The notes under the pieces were generated by a model. It did no database searches and was not told the origin of the DNA. It was given only the letters and a program-made list of their open reading frames with translations. Shown here one piece after another: positions 13,531 to 26,363 of a stretch of DNA of 64,000 bases (within the stretch, counting starts at the first letter, position 1; the number at the start of each line of letters is the position of its first letter). The translations under genes and the position numbers were made by a program. The DNA is from the human T2T-CHM13v2.0 reference genome, Homo sapiens. The stretch lies in NCBI RefSeq assembly GCF_009914755.1, contig NC_060936.1, one strand, 5' to 3'.

Positions 13531-14614
13531 TTGTGGGGTCCCTGCCTGTCCTCCGGAGAAAGATTACTAAGGAGCAAAAGCCGACTTTGCTCGGTGACCC
13601 CTCCTGGTGCCACATCCCTCATGCCTGCAGCAGAAGGTGGGGGGCTCCAGGCCCCTGACAGGTCATCCTGATCTCAGAGAAGAGTCTGCTGCCCCCAGGA
13701 CGGGGACTGAGCTGAGGGCGAGGAGGATGCCAGGAGAGGCACCTTGGCCCCTGCTGTGGTATTGGCCACAGGTTGGGAGCTGCCTTTCCCCGAAGCCCTA
13801 GCTTTGCTTCTGTGAGAAGCAGACACCCAGCAGCATAAGCAGCCTGCCTAGGAGGCTTTTCACTAGGAATTAAAAACACCAAAAAGGAACTTCTTATCAG
13901 CAGGTACCCTAGGGGCCACATGGACTGGTAAGTGGTATCTTCCCCATGGTCTCTTAAGGCCTCTGAAGTCCCAGACCCTCAGATAGTTGGCAACTCTGCC
14001 TTTCCGCATATCAAACATCTGAAAATGCATCTACCTCGCACATCAAATAGAATATATTTGCTATAACACAATTGGGAAGAATGGTTGTATTTTTTATAAT
14101 GTTGAGTTTTATTAAGAATAAATTATTCATTTTAGTCTTGCAACATAAACTCTTATTCTGATAGATAACTATGGATCGAGATGCATTTGACTAGTTGGCA
14201 CAATGTTAATTTTTGTAGATGTTGTGTGAAATATTTATTTTGATTTTCTAGTTTTATATTTTGGACCCAATCTAGTTTTGTTTCTGATTTTCACATTTTT
14301 TTTCAGGACAGTGAAAAAGCTTATAGGATATAAGAGTTGAACCTATTGCACCTAATGGATAAAATCTCTTCTGTCTCTCCCCATCCCCAGAGAGAGAGAA
14401 AAAATAAAAATAAAAAGAGAAAGACACTGTTTCAGCAAATTGATATTCGGTTTTTAGGCCTATATTATACTTGGGTCTCAGGTCCTCTAATCTCCTATTT
14501 GGTGGTATCCTTATAAAATACAAGAAGTGTTCTCTGAGAAATGTGGAAAATTTCTGACGATCCCAGATGATACTAAATCAGTTGCCCCAAATCCTTTAGA
14601 AGAAGGAAGAATAA

Positions 14615-15153
<539 letters not shown>

Positions 15154-16309
15154 CTACCAGAGGAATGGGGAAGAACTGACTCGGGATAAGAGTGGGATGC
15201 GTACAAGGAGAGAAGGCTGGAGAAAACCTTGCACGCTGCGGGAGCAGGCTCCCCAGGACGTGTCAGAAGGGCCCAGTCCATGGAAACAGGGAGACTTGCC
15301 ATATGGGCCATCGTGGCTGCCTGTGTGGGGACTGAAGCTGGGCGCTGGCTGCTGCGCGAGATGAGGGGGCCAGGTCCAGCTTCCAAAGGGCAGCTTCCAG
15401 GCAGAGGGCTGCTAACTGGCTGGAAAACTATCAGCGTGTGGAGTGGAAACCTGTAGGGGCAGGGAAACCAAGGAACATTTGGCCATCTTCCGCCATTGTG
15501 ATTTACCTGCCATAAGAGAAGCTAAAGTAAAACAGCATGAAGTTGTGGCCAGCCCCATTAAAATAACGTGCTCATTAAGGGCTCTTACAACTAGTGATAT
15601 TTAAAGAAGAAAGAAAAAAACTCACAAAAGTACTTGAGGCAATTATCTACAGCAAAAGAAGATGCAGATCCCTTGAGATCACTGACGCAAGAGAACAAAG
15701 GAGGTCCCAAAAGAGGCTGCCTGTGATCCAGGTGAGAGCCGAAACCTTCAAGGCTGGGTACCAGTGCTTCTTACACCTGAGTGAAGCATCTTGGGACATG
15801 CCTTGTGGTTCAACGTTAAAGGAATAGCACAGCCAACCAGAACCTGCTCTTTGTTAATGGAATGGAATCCTCTTTCTGCACTAAAAATGAGATGATGTGA
15901 AATCCTTTAAAATTTATTGGAAGGAGGGAGGGCTTTTTGTGCATGATGCGTTACCAGGAAATGACACTGTCTCTCTCCTTATTGCCTAATTAGCAATGTT
16001 GTACTTCTGTGTGAAATGGCGTGTTTAAACATTGCCAATCGATTTAAACAAAAGATTTCAAAATACTGTAGGATGGAGCACAGTGAAAAATTCCTTGCCA
16101 GCCAGCGTTCTCCCAGGTAAGGTTTTTGTCATTCAAGGTGTGGCTGCACAGCAGGGAAGGCTTTGCTCATCCCCGCCCCGCAGTGCCCCATTCCCTCCAT
16201 CAGCCGTTTATCTAGCATTGGGTCTGGTTTTCTGTTTTTTGTTGTTTGTTTGTTTTAATTTTTTCAGGGTATCGTAGACGTGTTGGGTTCCACTAGGCCC
16301 TGCCAGCCA

Positions 16310-16500
16310 TTCACTTATTTATTCATTACGCACTCAATGAAGACATAAGCTGTGCATTCTAGGTGCAAAGGACGTAGAAATGAGTATAATACAGTTCCTT
16401 TCCTCAAGGAGGTCAATCCAGTGGGAAAACAGGTGTGTTTGTGGAAAATGGAAATACAGCCGGCAGGCGAGGAGGCTGTAGAGAGAGGAGCACAGTGCTC
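16310..16500 (-). mobile_element. L2 3' fragment
   Basis: cattcacttatttattcatt...ttcctcaaggaggtcaatccagtgggaaaacag. Confidence 0.55.
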
Positions 16501-16900
16501 TGAGTAGCCTGTCTGCTGTAGCAAGTCACCCCCAGCAGCTGGTGGCTTCACAGAGTAAAGGTTAGTTTCTTGTTCACATCACAGCCCAGCTTGGATTGGT
16601 GGGGTGGCAAGAAGGGTTATTCAGGGTCTCAGAATACTTCTGCCGACAGGCTGTGCCATCCTCTCAGGCCTTGGAACCCGCCCCCTTTTAAACCCCTGAG
16701 TCTGGCTGACAGATAAGGGCCCAAGTCGCACCCATGTTTTAGGGTCTAGGCCTAGAAAGGGTGCCAGTCATTTCCTGCAAGTCCCATTGGCTGGGACTCA
16801 GCCTGTGGCCCTGCCTTGTCCAGGGATACTGGGAAGTGTGGTCCAGTGCCGTGCCCAGGAGGAAGAGCAGGTGTGGTGCACGTCAGCCATGTCCCCACTC
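16500..16900. mobile_element. Old MLT1-family LTR (J/K/L type)
   Basis: gtggcttcacagagtaaaggttagtttcttgttcacatcaca...cccattggctgggactcag...ctgggaagtgtggtc...tgcccaggaggaagag. Confidence 0.6.
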
Positions 16901-17315
16901 CACGGAGCAGCCCGTTCACCCTGGGGCGTCAGGAGAGGCTCTGTCAGAGGGGATTTTGCCAGGGAGATGTGGGGTGTGGGGTGCTGGATGTGGGGTCCAG
17001 GAGAGCAGGGGCATGAGAAGAGCAGCAACCCAAGCAAGGAAGAGGAAAAGGCCTGGATGTGTCTTCAGATAGAGACAGACTGAAGCGCCGGCCCACACTC
17101 ACCAGCAGCGTGGCTCTGGGCTTGGTCCTTAGGTGTCCCAGGTGTCTGTCTCCGCACATCTTCCCAGGCCTTCTCCAGCGTACCGGCATCACCTGGGGAC
17201 TGGCCCTCTGCAGTCACGCTGGCTCCAGGCTCACCGGGAGTCACGTTCTCTGGCTGTGACTTTCCTTTTGCTGTGGATTAACCCAGACATGGGCCTGATG
17301 CTTTTTCTTTAATGT

Positions 17316-17917
17316 ATACACACACATACACTCACACATACACACATGGACACATTCACTCACATGCACTCACATGTACTCAAGCATACACACATGCACT
17401 CACACACATGCGCTCAGGCACACATGCACTCACAGGCACACATGTAAACAGGCACACACACGCACATGTACTCATACAGGCACACACGTACACCCAGGCA
17501 CATGCACACATGGTCTCATACAGGCACACACGTACACACAGGCACACACATGCACTCACACACAGGCACACCTCCACAGGCACATACATGCACATGATCT
17601 CACGTACACAGGCACACGTATGCACACACACATACACAGGCACACACATGCACTCACACATGTACTCGCATACACAGGCGCACACGTACACACAGGCACA
17701 CACATGCACACATGGTCTCACACAGGCACACACCTACACATGGACACTCATACACGCACACATGTACTCACAGGCACACGTGTACACGCACGCACACATG
17801 TATTCACACACATACGTTCACACATATACACGCACTCACACATACAGGCACACACATACACACTCAGGCACAGACACACACACACACATGCACGCACATG
17901 GGCGCGCACACACACAC
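17316..17917. repeat. ~600-bp degenerate CA-rich simple repeat
   Basis: Near-continuous alternating purine-pyrimidine sequence with recurring cacaggca, cacatg and cacgta words. Confidence 0.95.
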
Positions 17918-18500
17918 CCCCTCCCTCCCTCTCACGGTTTTTGGTTCAGCCTGCACTCAAGTTTTTGGGAAGATGGAGCTGACATCACAGTAATGTGAAT
18001 GTTGAATATCTGAAACTTCTGTGCTGAGAAATCCCCTCAGGCCTTTTTGCCAGGTTGGCTGCTGTGTCTTCCTATATTTCTTGCCCTTTCCACCTCTCCC
18101 ACTTTGCTGCTCCCAAACAACTCTTAACACCCACCGCCCCCTGTTTTTGTTATACAGAGCAGTTCAGCCCTCTCCAGTCCCCACCCCTGAGCTCAGCTCC
18201 AAGCCTTCTTCTGCGCGTGGATTCCCGTGCCTGCGGACTCACAGCAGGCCGGGCCGGCTCACGTGGGATGGACCCTGTCTCCTTCCACAGGGAGAGGGGC
18301 AGTAAAGACGTCCATTTCCCATGCTTTGAAGGATGTCACTGTCTCAGAAGGCAGAAGCTAATTGTGTCGGTTTTAAGTACTTTTTCCTTTTATGTTTAAT
18401 TTCATTAAAGTTAATTTTCCCTTATGTGAAATGTGAATGCTGCCATCACAACTGGAAAGTTGTCGTGAGAATTAAAGATGATAATGTATGAAAGTGTGTA

Positions 18501-18578
18501 ACACGGTACCTGGCACTCCCCCCACTCTCCCCCTCCTCCACACGGTACCTGGCACTCCCCCCACTCTCCCCCTCCTCC
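18501..18578. repeat. Perfect 39-bp tandem duplication
   Basis: acacggtacctggcactccccccactctccccctcctcc at 18501-18539 and 18540-18578. Confidence 0.95.
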
Positions 18579-18975
18579 ACAGAGCCCTGGAAGACTTGGC
18601 GGTGCTGTGATACGTGTAGTGTGTGATGGGGAGCGGTGAGGGACAGCTGGAGAGGGTGCGCTGAGCCAGAGTTTCATGCTGTGTGTTTTTCCGAGGAGGT
18701 GGGCCTTTGTCCTCTGCATTCAGAGTCAGAAGAGAGTTCATCAGGTACAAATGGGAAGAGAACCTTTTAAACAGCTGTCTGTTTGAGCAGATTTCCCCAC
18801 CTCGGATTCAAGATGTCATTCCATGTAGGTTTGCATTTGCAGGGTACACCCAGGAGAAGCTGTTAGTTGCTGTGATTCCACACCTGGAGTGAGGGGAGAA
18901 CATCATGGTTTCCTGCCAGGTGTGCTGGGGCTTACTGGCCCTGCCAGGAACATCTGGTTGAAACTTGTCACGTCA

Positions 18976-19369
<394 letters not shown>

Positions 19370-19907
19370 TCAGGCAAGCGATGAGCAAGCCGTCTGAATT
19401 GAGCAAGGGCCTTGGGTTGGAACCCTTCTCTCCCCTGCTTTCCTGGTATCACAGTGCTAGACTGGGCCTCTGCAGCCCACCCAGCCGAGGAGGCCCTTCT
19501 CCTACAGCAGCCTTGACAGGTCTGTCTGGCCTCTGCCCTGACACCTCCAGGGCTGGCCATCTATGTGGGGAAGATTATGATTGGAAGGAAGGTTTTTCTT
19601 AGAGCTGCCAGTCTTTATTTTCTACCTGCTGCTCTTCATTTTGTCCTCAGAGGAGGAACGTGTCCTCTCTTCCCTAGGACGTCTGTCTTGGTATTGAAGA
19701 CAGTGCTTCTGTGCTTCTTACTTATCTTCCTTGAGGTTAGCCATCCTTGTCTCTGCACCCTCTCCCTCAGTCCTGGCCACTCCCATGTGAACCTCAGTGT
19801 TTATTCCTGACCCAGGATACCTCAGCTCCAACTGGACCCCAGGCAGTAAGAGGCTTCCTCTTAGAGTCAGCGGATTCCCACTGATGCAGCCCAAGATTAC
19901 CTGCCCC

Positions 19908-20230
19908 GTCCTCCTCCTCCTGCTCCTCCTCTGGCTCCTCCCACTCTCCCTCCTCCTCCTAGTGCTTCTCCTCCTGTTCCTCTCCTCTTCTTCCCCTCCT
20001 GCTCCCCCCTGTGTTCCTCCTCCTCCTTCTACTCCTTTTGTTCCTCCTCCACTGCCTCCTCCTCCTCCTCCTCCTCCTCCTGCTCCTATCCCTCCTCCTC
20101 CTACACCTCCTCTGCCTCCTCCCGTTCCTCCTCCTCTGTGCTCTTCCTCCCTCTCCTCCTCCTCCCTGCTCTTCCCCTTCCCCTTCCTGCTCCCCCTCCT
20201 CTTCCTGATTGTCCCCTCTTCCCCCTCCTC
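19908..20230. repeat. Degenerate (CCT)n low-complexity tract
   Basis: About 320 bp, C/T-rich, with trinucleotide periodicity. Confidence 0.95.
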
Positions 20231-23200
20231 TGAGCAGCCATATTACATAGCTTACTCACGTTGACCTTGTGCTGCTGGTGAGCTTTGTTTCTCCCTTTCT
20301 GTTCATGTACTGTTCTTTCTCTTGGATATTTTCTGCCAAATGTTTTTCATTGATGACTTTGCTCTTGGGTCTCCTTGCCTATCTTCCTTCCTTCCCCCTT
20401 CCTGCTCTGTGACATTCTTGTTTACATACCCTCTCCACTGTGAGCCTGGTATTTCAGTGACTGGAGAAGTTTTGGGCCTTATCTGAGCTGCTTTCCTTGT
20501 TATCACTTATGTTCCAGCAGCTCGATCCATCTTCCCATGCAGGAACGTTTCTCCCCAAAGTCCTGACCCTGCCGTGGAGCACCTGAGGGGAGGAGTCACT
20601 GGGTTTCTGGCCTCAGAGGAGCACAGTGTTCCCCAGGACTTACCCTGCATCCGTATTGGAATATCTGAAAATTTCATCACTGTTGAAAATAGGAATGTTT
20701 TCTGATCTAAGGTCTTCTGAGGACATTGGGGACACTTTATTCCCAAGAGCAAACACTGACTAGGATGTCTTTTTGGCTATGATGGGATCTGGTAGAAAGT
20801 TTCAAGCTACTAAAATAGGGAATGTATTCTAATGTTGTCTTGAAAATGAATCAAATACACTTCCCTGAATGAAAGAAGAGATGTGTGTGTGTGTGTATTT
20901 AAATCACCGATAGCAGCAGTGATGATGGTGACAGTCACCCATGCCGTGCCTGGCACCTTGCTAAGTGCCTGCACACATTGTCAGTTGGTCCAGGCGGTAA
21001 GTCATGAGGAGTGGGTTTTAGTGTCCCAAAGCCTCAGGGAGGTTAAGGCATGTCCTGATCACAGCTGGAGGACCTCACCACGCCCCTCCCTGTGGAAGGA
21101 GGGATTCTTCCGCAGGAAATGGAGTTTTCCCACAGAACACAGGACAGGCAGGGAGGAACTCACTGGGGCTCATGGCTGTGCTACTGCTACTACCACTGGG
21201 CAAATCTCTGGGCCTCAGTTTCTCCTGTAGTAAAGTGGCAGGATTGAATTGGATGCACTTAAGTAGGTTTCCAGCTCTAAAGATCTATGATTTGTTGTTT
21301 CCCTTATTTCAGTGACAAGTTCCTTTGGAAAACATTGCTGTCACAAGAAAAAATGCCATCATCAAAATGTCTTCTGATGTTGGACAAACTGAATGGGGGT
21401 TAGGAAACCACTTCTGTAGGAAGCAGGGGTAGGGATGAAGGCAAGGAGGACAGATGGATGAGCATCCTAAACAGAATAGGGAAATAATTTTAGAACTGAT
21501 TTTTCAGGGAGTCGCAAGATTATATTACTCTAGCTCTCGCTCTGCACCTGGAATTCGACAGTGCTTAGGATAGGGAATGTCGAAACCGGGAAGGGGCTTC
21601 CCCTCAGCCCCAAACTCAGAATTCGTATGTCAGATCTGGAAAGGGACCACAGTGACCACTTAGTCCACTCCTTCATTTTATGTCAGCATCCCTGGAGATC
21701 CCAGCCTTTGGGAGAAAAAGACTCCTGAGGCCACGTGGTCCGAGCTCCTGGAGCATCGCTGGCAGAGGAGTGTTCAGATCAGATGGTCCCCAGCCTGTGC
21801 ACCAAGTGTACCATCCCTGCTAAGTAGATCTTAGTGGAGCAGGGCTTACTTCAGGGATGTGGAGCTTATTGGGATCCTTCAGCCTCTCTTCCAATAACTT
21901 CTGCTTTAGAGATTATGATGTAACTGATGAGAACTGTCTTGAGACTTCCTTTTGTACTTAAAGTGGATGGGGCAGGCTGGTTTAGGGCAGTGTACCTGGG
22001 GCAAGGAGTCTGGGGTCCTTCTGTTGGTTTAGGAAGCTCCTCTTGTCTGTCTGGCCTGGATACTTGTGATTTGCCAGCTTAGTCTAACAGTTAACCACCT
22101 CTTAGTGGGAAGTAATGAATCCAGGATTCTCTGCTACGCTCAGGTGATAAATTGTGATAAAGTCAAGTCAGAATTTCCCAGCTTAGGTGTTGTGAAAGCC
22201 CAAATGAGGCCTGATAAGATATTTTGAGTTTTTCACACAGAAGTAATTTATAGATGATTCCCAACTTTTGAACTGCTCTTTTATTTATTATTAAGTTGGT
22301 GTTTCAAACTTAGAAAACTGCAAATGGCATTTAGTTTTCCAGGCTGGCCTGTTTAGTGCATAACACAGCTGACACACTATATGGTTGCCATAAATCATAA
22401 TGGAAAGTAGTATTTTTGCAAATGGATAATGTAGAATTGCAGTTGCAGACTCCCTGAAGGCCTTCAGTGGTTCCAGCCAGCACATGAACACATTTACACT
22501 GAAGCGTAAAAGACGGTTGCTTTATGCATCTTTACTCTGCTGTGAGGGCCATGAGGAGCAAGAGGTCACTGGGTGTCTGCAGGCAGTCCCAGGGAAGCAG
22601 CGACCAGAGCAGCAGGGTTTAGCCTTCTTATGGTCATGGGTGTGTGCAGCCACACGACCTCCTGAAAAACTGCTCCTGGGCTCTTCAGAACTGCCCCAGA
22701 CCAAGGGTCCAGAGTTGTTAGGAGCCAGGGGGGCTGGGGAAAGCGAAGCCTCTAGGGCTTCTCAGATTTTGAGGAGGACAGAACCTGTTAGCCACCTGCC
22801 TTTTGCTCAGAAAAGGTGGGCTGGAGCTGCCCAGCAAAGTAAATGCAATGCCTACCTCCAGAGCCTGGCTTTCCACGAGGTACAGGCTGGCCCTGAACAC
22901 CTGCCTCCTTCCAGGTGCTGTGCTGTGCTTTTGAGATCAGGAGTGGAAGCTGGCAGAACCAAGAGAATGCAACACACTGGCCTCCACCTTGGCCCAGAAC
23001 ATACCCACCACGCCCTCGGGAAGTTTAAATCCCATCACTCTCTCTGCTGCTTTTCCCTGTTACAGTGTGTAAACTGAGATTCCACACTTGGAAATGCATG
23101 TGTTCCTCTCTGGGAAGACCTCCTTGCTGCCCCCATCCCCCTGCATCTTGTGTCCACTGGATCCTCTCATTGACTGTTGACAATGCTCAGTTTAATGCCA

Positions 23201-24559
23201 GGCAGCGTACATTCAGACTGTACCCCAGGAAATCTGACACAAACTGTGTTTCCCATTGATTTTAAAAATTAAGACTCAGTGATATAATGTCACTTATTAT
23301 TATGTAATAAAGCCCTATTATGGCTAGTAATTTTTCAGTGACTAGCTGAATTTTACTTATTAGTGTTCATTTAAGTCAGCCTGTAATATGTTCAGTGCAA
23401 GTACTAAAACTGCCTTTCTTCAAAAATCAGAAATTTGACATTTTTTAATCAGTCAGGACTTCCTTCCTTTCCCCTCCTCCAAAAACATCCAGAGAAGTGA
23501 GATTTTCTCACATTTAAGTCAATGATTGAATAGAACCAAATTGGGGGAAGATTAATTTTTGAACCAGTAACACCAAACTGAAATTAATTTTACTAATTTC
23601 AAAATCTGACAGTTTTGAGGACCCTTTAATAGAACCAGAGCTTCTGAAAATAAGCACCTACTGATGGGTTCAGTGCAGAAATGAACCCAGGTCTAGAACT
23701 GCAGTGTTAAGAGATGATTTCCAAACGAAGCTGTGGTTTCATTTGGAACGCTTTCTTGATTTACATGTTCTGGGTTTTGTAAGTTTAATTCAAATTTATT
23801 TTCTCCTAAATGCATTTTTACTACCGGAAGGCCCCCGTATGGAAATCACCTTCTCTCATTATGCAGCTTGCCTGGCCCAGAGGGTGAGCGGGCCTTGGAA
23901 TGAGGACACCCGCCCTGGCTGGGAGTCGAGGCCGAGTTTGCATCCAAAGCTGTAGCACAGTGCGGCCCACAGCAAAGGGCATCCTCAGGAAGCAAGGTGC
24001 TTGTGTTTGTGCCTTCGTCCTTTAAGACAATACCCAGATCTGGCAGCATCTTCTGCAGCAAGCAGGAGCTGATTACCTGGAGCTCTGCCTGCCTCTCTCC
24101 CCGCCTCTGCCTCCCCCCGGAGAGGCGGCTTCTGAGGAGGCTGCTGTTGGCGGCCAGGAGAATTCCTTGTCTCTGTGGAACCGGAGGCCTCCCCTCTGCG
24201 GCTATTTAAATGTGTTCCTCCGGCATGAGGATGACTCACCGTTTAACAATTAATTACAGCTCCGCATATTGTAGGCACTGCACCTATATGGGGGTGTAAT
24301 CTCCGTGCGGCACCATGTTGATGAGCTGCTTCTCCACATCACCAAATTGTGAGGACTTCGATTTTAAAAAACAGAAATTGAACCAGGCTTGGAGGAAAAG
24401 GCAAATTTATACAATGCCTTTGATATGAATTCTTTTTATTTTCTTCTCTGTGGCTTGCAGTTTCCACCAGGGTAAAGCAGGCAGAGGTGGGAGGTGGGGA
24501 GGGAGAGACAGGGGGTTCTGGCTAGGAAGGGAACGGGCAAGGAAACTGCCCACTACGTG

Positions 24560-24573
24560 CTGTCACCTGGTGG
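24560..24573 (-). promoter_or_regulatory. Candidate CTCF site
   Basis: Minus strand CCACCAGGTGACAG matches the core CCASYAGRKGGCRS at 13 of 14 positions. Confidence 0.45.
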
Positions 24574-25042
24574 CTGCTGTGGCCGGCCCTCATTCCCACC
24601 ACATCAGAGAGAGGCATAATAATCTTAGGTGATTTTTTTTAAGTTTTCAAGGTGAGGATGCATTTTACTATATGCTAATTTTTCTTAATCATATGTTATG
24701 GTTTATTATCGACAGATCTTTTAAGAACTTTTCCTGCAGTAAATATTTCAAACTTTATAAATTAAGTATTGGCTGCATAAAGTCCTGTTGCCTGAGATTT
24801 GTTGCAAGTTTGTCCTTTTTGAGATACATCGAGTGGCTCCAAGTCATTTGATCATGATCGTGTCCATGATATCTTGATAGACTTTTAAGCGTGAATCCCC
24901 CTGATCTCTGTCTTGCTGCCTTCCCCACACCATCCCCTCAACTCCCCTCCCAGCCACGAATTATACTTCCTCACTACCCAATTTCTTTTGGTACCAGGAG
25001 AGGGCCACTCTTGTTCTGGCCTCAGGGACGTTGCACTTGCTA

Positions 25043-25473
25043 CAGCTGACTCTTGAACAGTACGGGTTTGAACTGTGTGGGTCACTTACACGTGGATTTC
25101 CTTCCATCTCTGCCACCCCTGAGATGGCAAGACCAACCCCTCCCCTTCCTCCTCCTCAGTCTACTCAATGTGAAGACGATGAGGGTGAAAACCTTTATGA
25201 TGGTCCACTTCTACTTAATGAATAGTAAATATATTTTTTCTGCCTTAGGATTTTCTTAATATATTCTTTTCTCTAGCTTACTCTACTGTAAGAATATAAC
25301 ATAAAATATATATAACATATATAATATGTGTTCATCGACTATCCTGTTGGTGAGCCTTCTGGTCAATAGTAGGCTATGAGTAGTTAAGTCTCTGGGGAGT
25401 AAGAAGTTACCTTGGATTTTCAACTGTAAGGGAGTCAGCGCCCCCAGTCCCCACATTGTTTAGGGGCAAACTG
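25043..25473 (+). mobile_element. Tigger2a (MER28) MITE, full length
   Basis: TA then cagctgactcttgaacagtacgggtttgaactg...ttgtttaggggcaaactg then CA (decayed TA). Homologous throughout to 420-873. Confidence 0.9.
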
Positions 25474-25599
25474 CATTCCATCTTCTTGGACTGCTCTTCC
25501 CACAGGTGTTGCCCCCCTCCCTTTTCCTCTGTCAGGTCCCAGAGCATGGGTTACCACCACAGAGAGGCCTCTGTGGATGCCTATGTAAAGTGGCACCAT

Positions 25600-25710
25600 T
25601 TACTTCAGCCGAGAGGTGAAGGCTGCCGTGAGGCAGGACCATATCACTGCACTCAGTCTGGGCAACAGAGTGAGGCCCTGGCTCAAAAATAATACCAATA
25701 ATAAAAAAAA
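25600..25710 (+). mobile_element. FRAM/AluJ right-arm fragment
   Basis: aggctgccgtgag...cactgcactcagtctgggcaacagagtgaggccctggctc plus A tail. TSD-like aaagtggcaccat / aaagtgctaccat. Confidence 0.8.
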
Positions 25711-26141
25711 GTGCTACCATCCTCCCAGCTCCTCACTCCCAGGAATCACTCAGGAGCCCATGGTTCTGTCTTATTTTGTTCATCGCACAATTACTATCTG
25801 AAATGATCTCATTTATTTACTTATTTTTTGTCTGCCTCCCACCAGAATGTTCTCTGTTCTCTGCCGTATCCTTAGCACTGAGCAGTGCCTGCACATGGTG
25901 AGCACTCGACAAAAATTTATTATAAGGATGAATGAATGGATGGACCCTCGATTCTGTTATTATTATGTTTTAATCCAGACAACACTCAGGAGTTTCACTG
26001 TATCAGTATATCCATTAGGAAGGTTAGTAATGTGTAAAAACTCTCCTGTGAATGCTTTCATTCAGTACTCAGTCTGTAAGGGGTAAATCCTTCAGCAGAC
26101 TCTTGAGGAGTGTTTACCAAGTGTCAGGCACTATTCTAGAG

Positions 26142-26363
26142 CAGTGGCTCTAACCTAGGGATGATTTTGCCTTCCAGGGGCAGCTGTCAATGTCTAGGAA
26201 CATTTTTGGTTGTCAGGGTGGGTGGTAGGTTGCTACTGGCATCTAGCGGATAGAGGCCAGGGAAGCCGCTAAACATCCTGCCATGCACAGGACAGCCCCA
26301 CAACAAAGAATCATCTGGCACAAAATGTCAATAGTGTCAATAGTGTGAGGTTGAGAAACCTTG
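26142..26363 (+). mobile_element. MER20 hAT-Charlie MITE inserted in an antisense L2 (about 26050-26660)
   Basis: cagtggctctaacct...tgctactggcatctagcggatagaggccaggg...gaggttgagaaaccttg. 8-bp TSD ttctagag 26134-26141 / ttctggag 26364-26371. Confidence 0.9.

Larger units (their letters stand above)
24850..25945 (+). mobile_element. L2 fragments, interrupted by Tigger2a and an Alu monomer
   Basis: L2 3' end tatccttagcactgagcagtgcctgcacatggtgagcactcgac...gatgaatgaatggatgg. Upstream pieces are degenerate. Confidence 0.65.

Noticed and set aside
13940-14280. AT-rich block resembling an old hAT DNA transposon
   Set aside because: No TIRs, TSD or family could be identified with confidence.
17312-17998. 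228-aa and 202-aa His/Thr-rich ORFs
   Set aside because: Artefacts of the CA-rich repeat, open in several frames.
19797-20264. 155-aa ORF resembling signal peptide plus polyproline
   Set aside because: Derives from the (CCT)n tract, starts at a non-ATG codon and has no domain or splice support.
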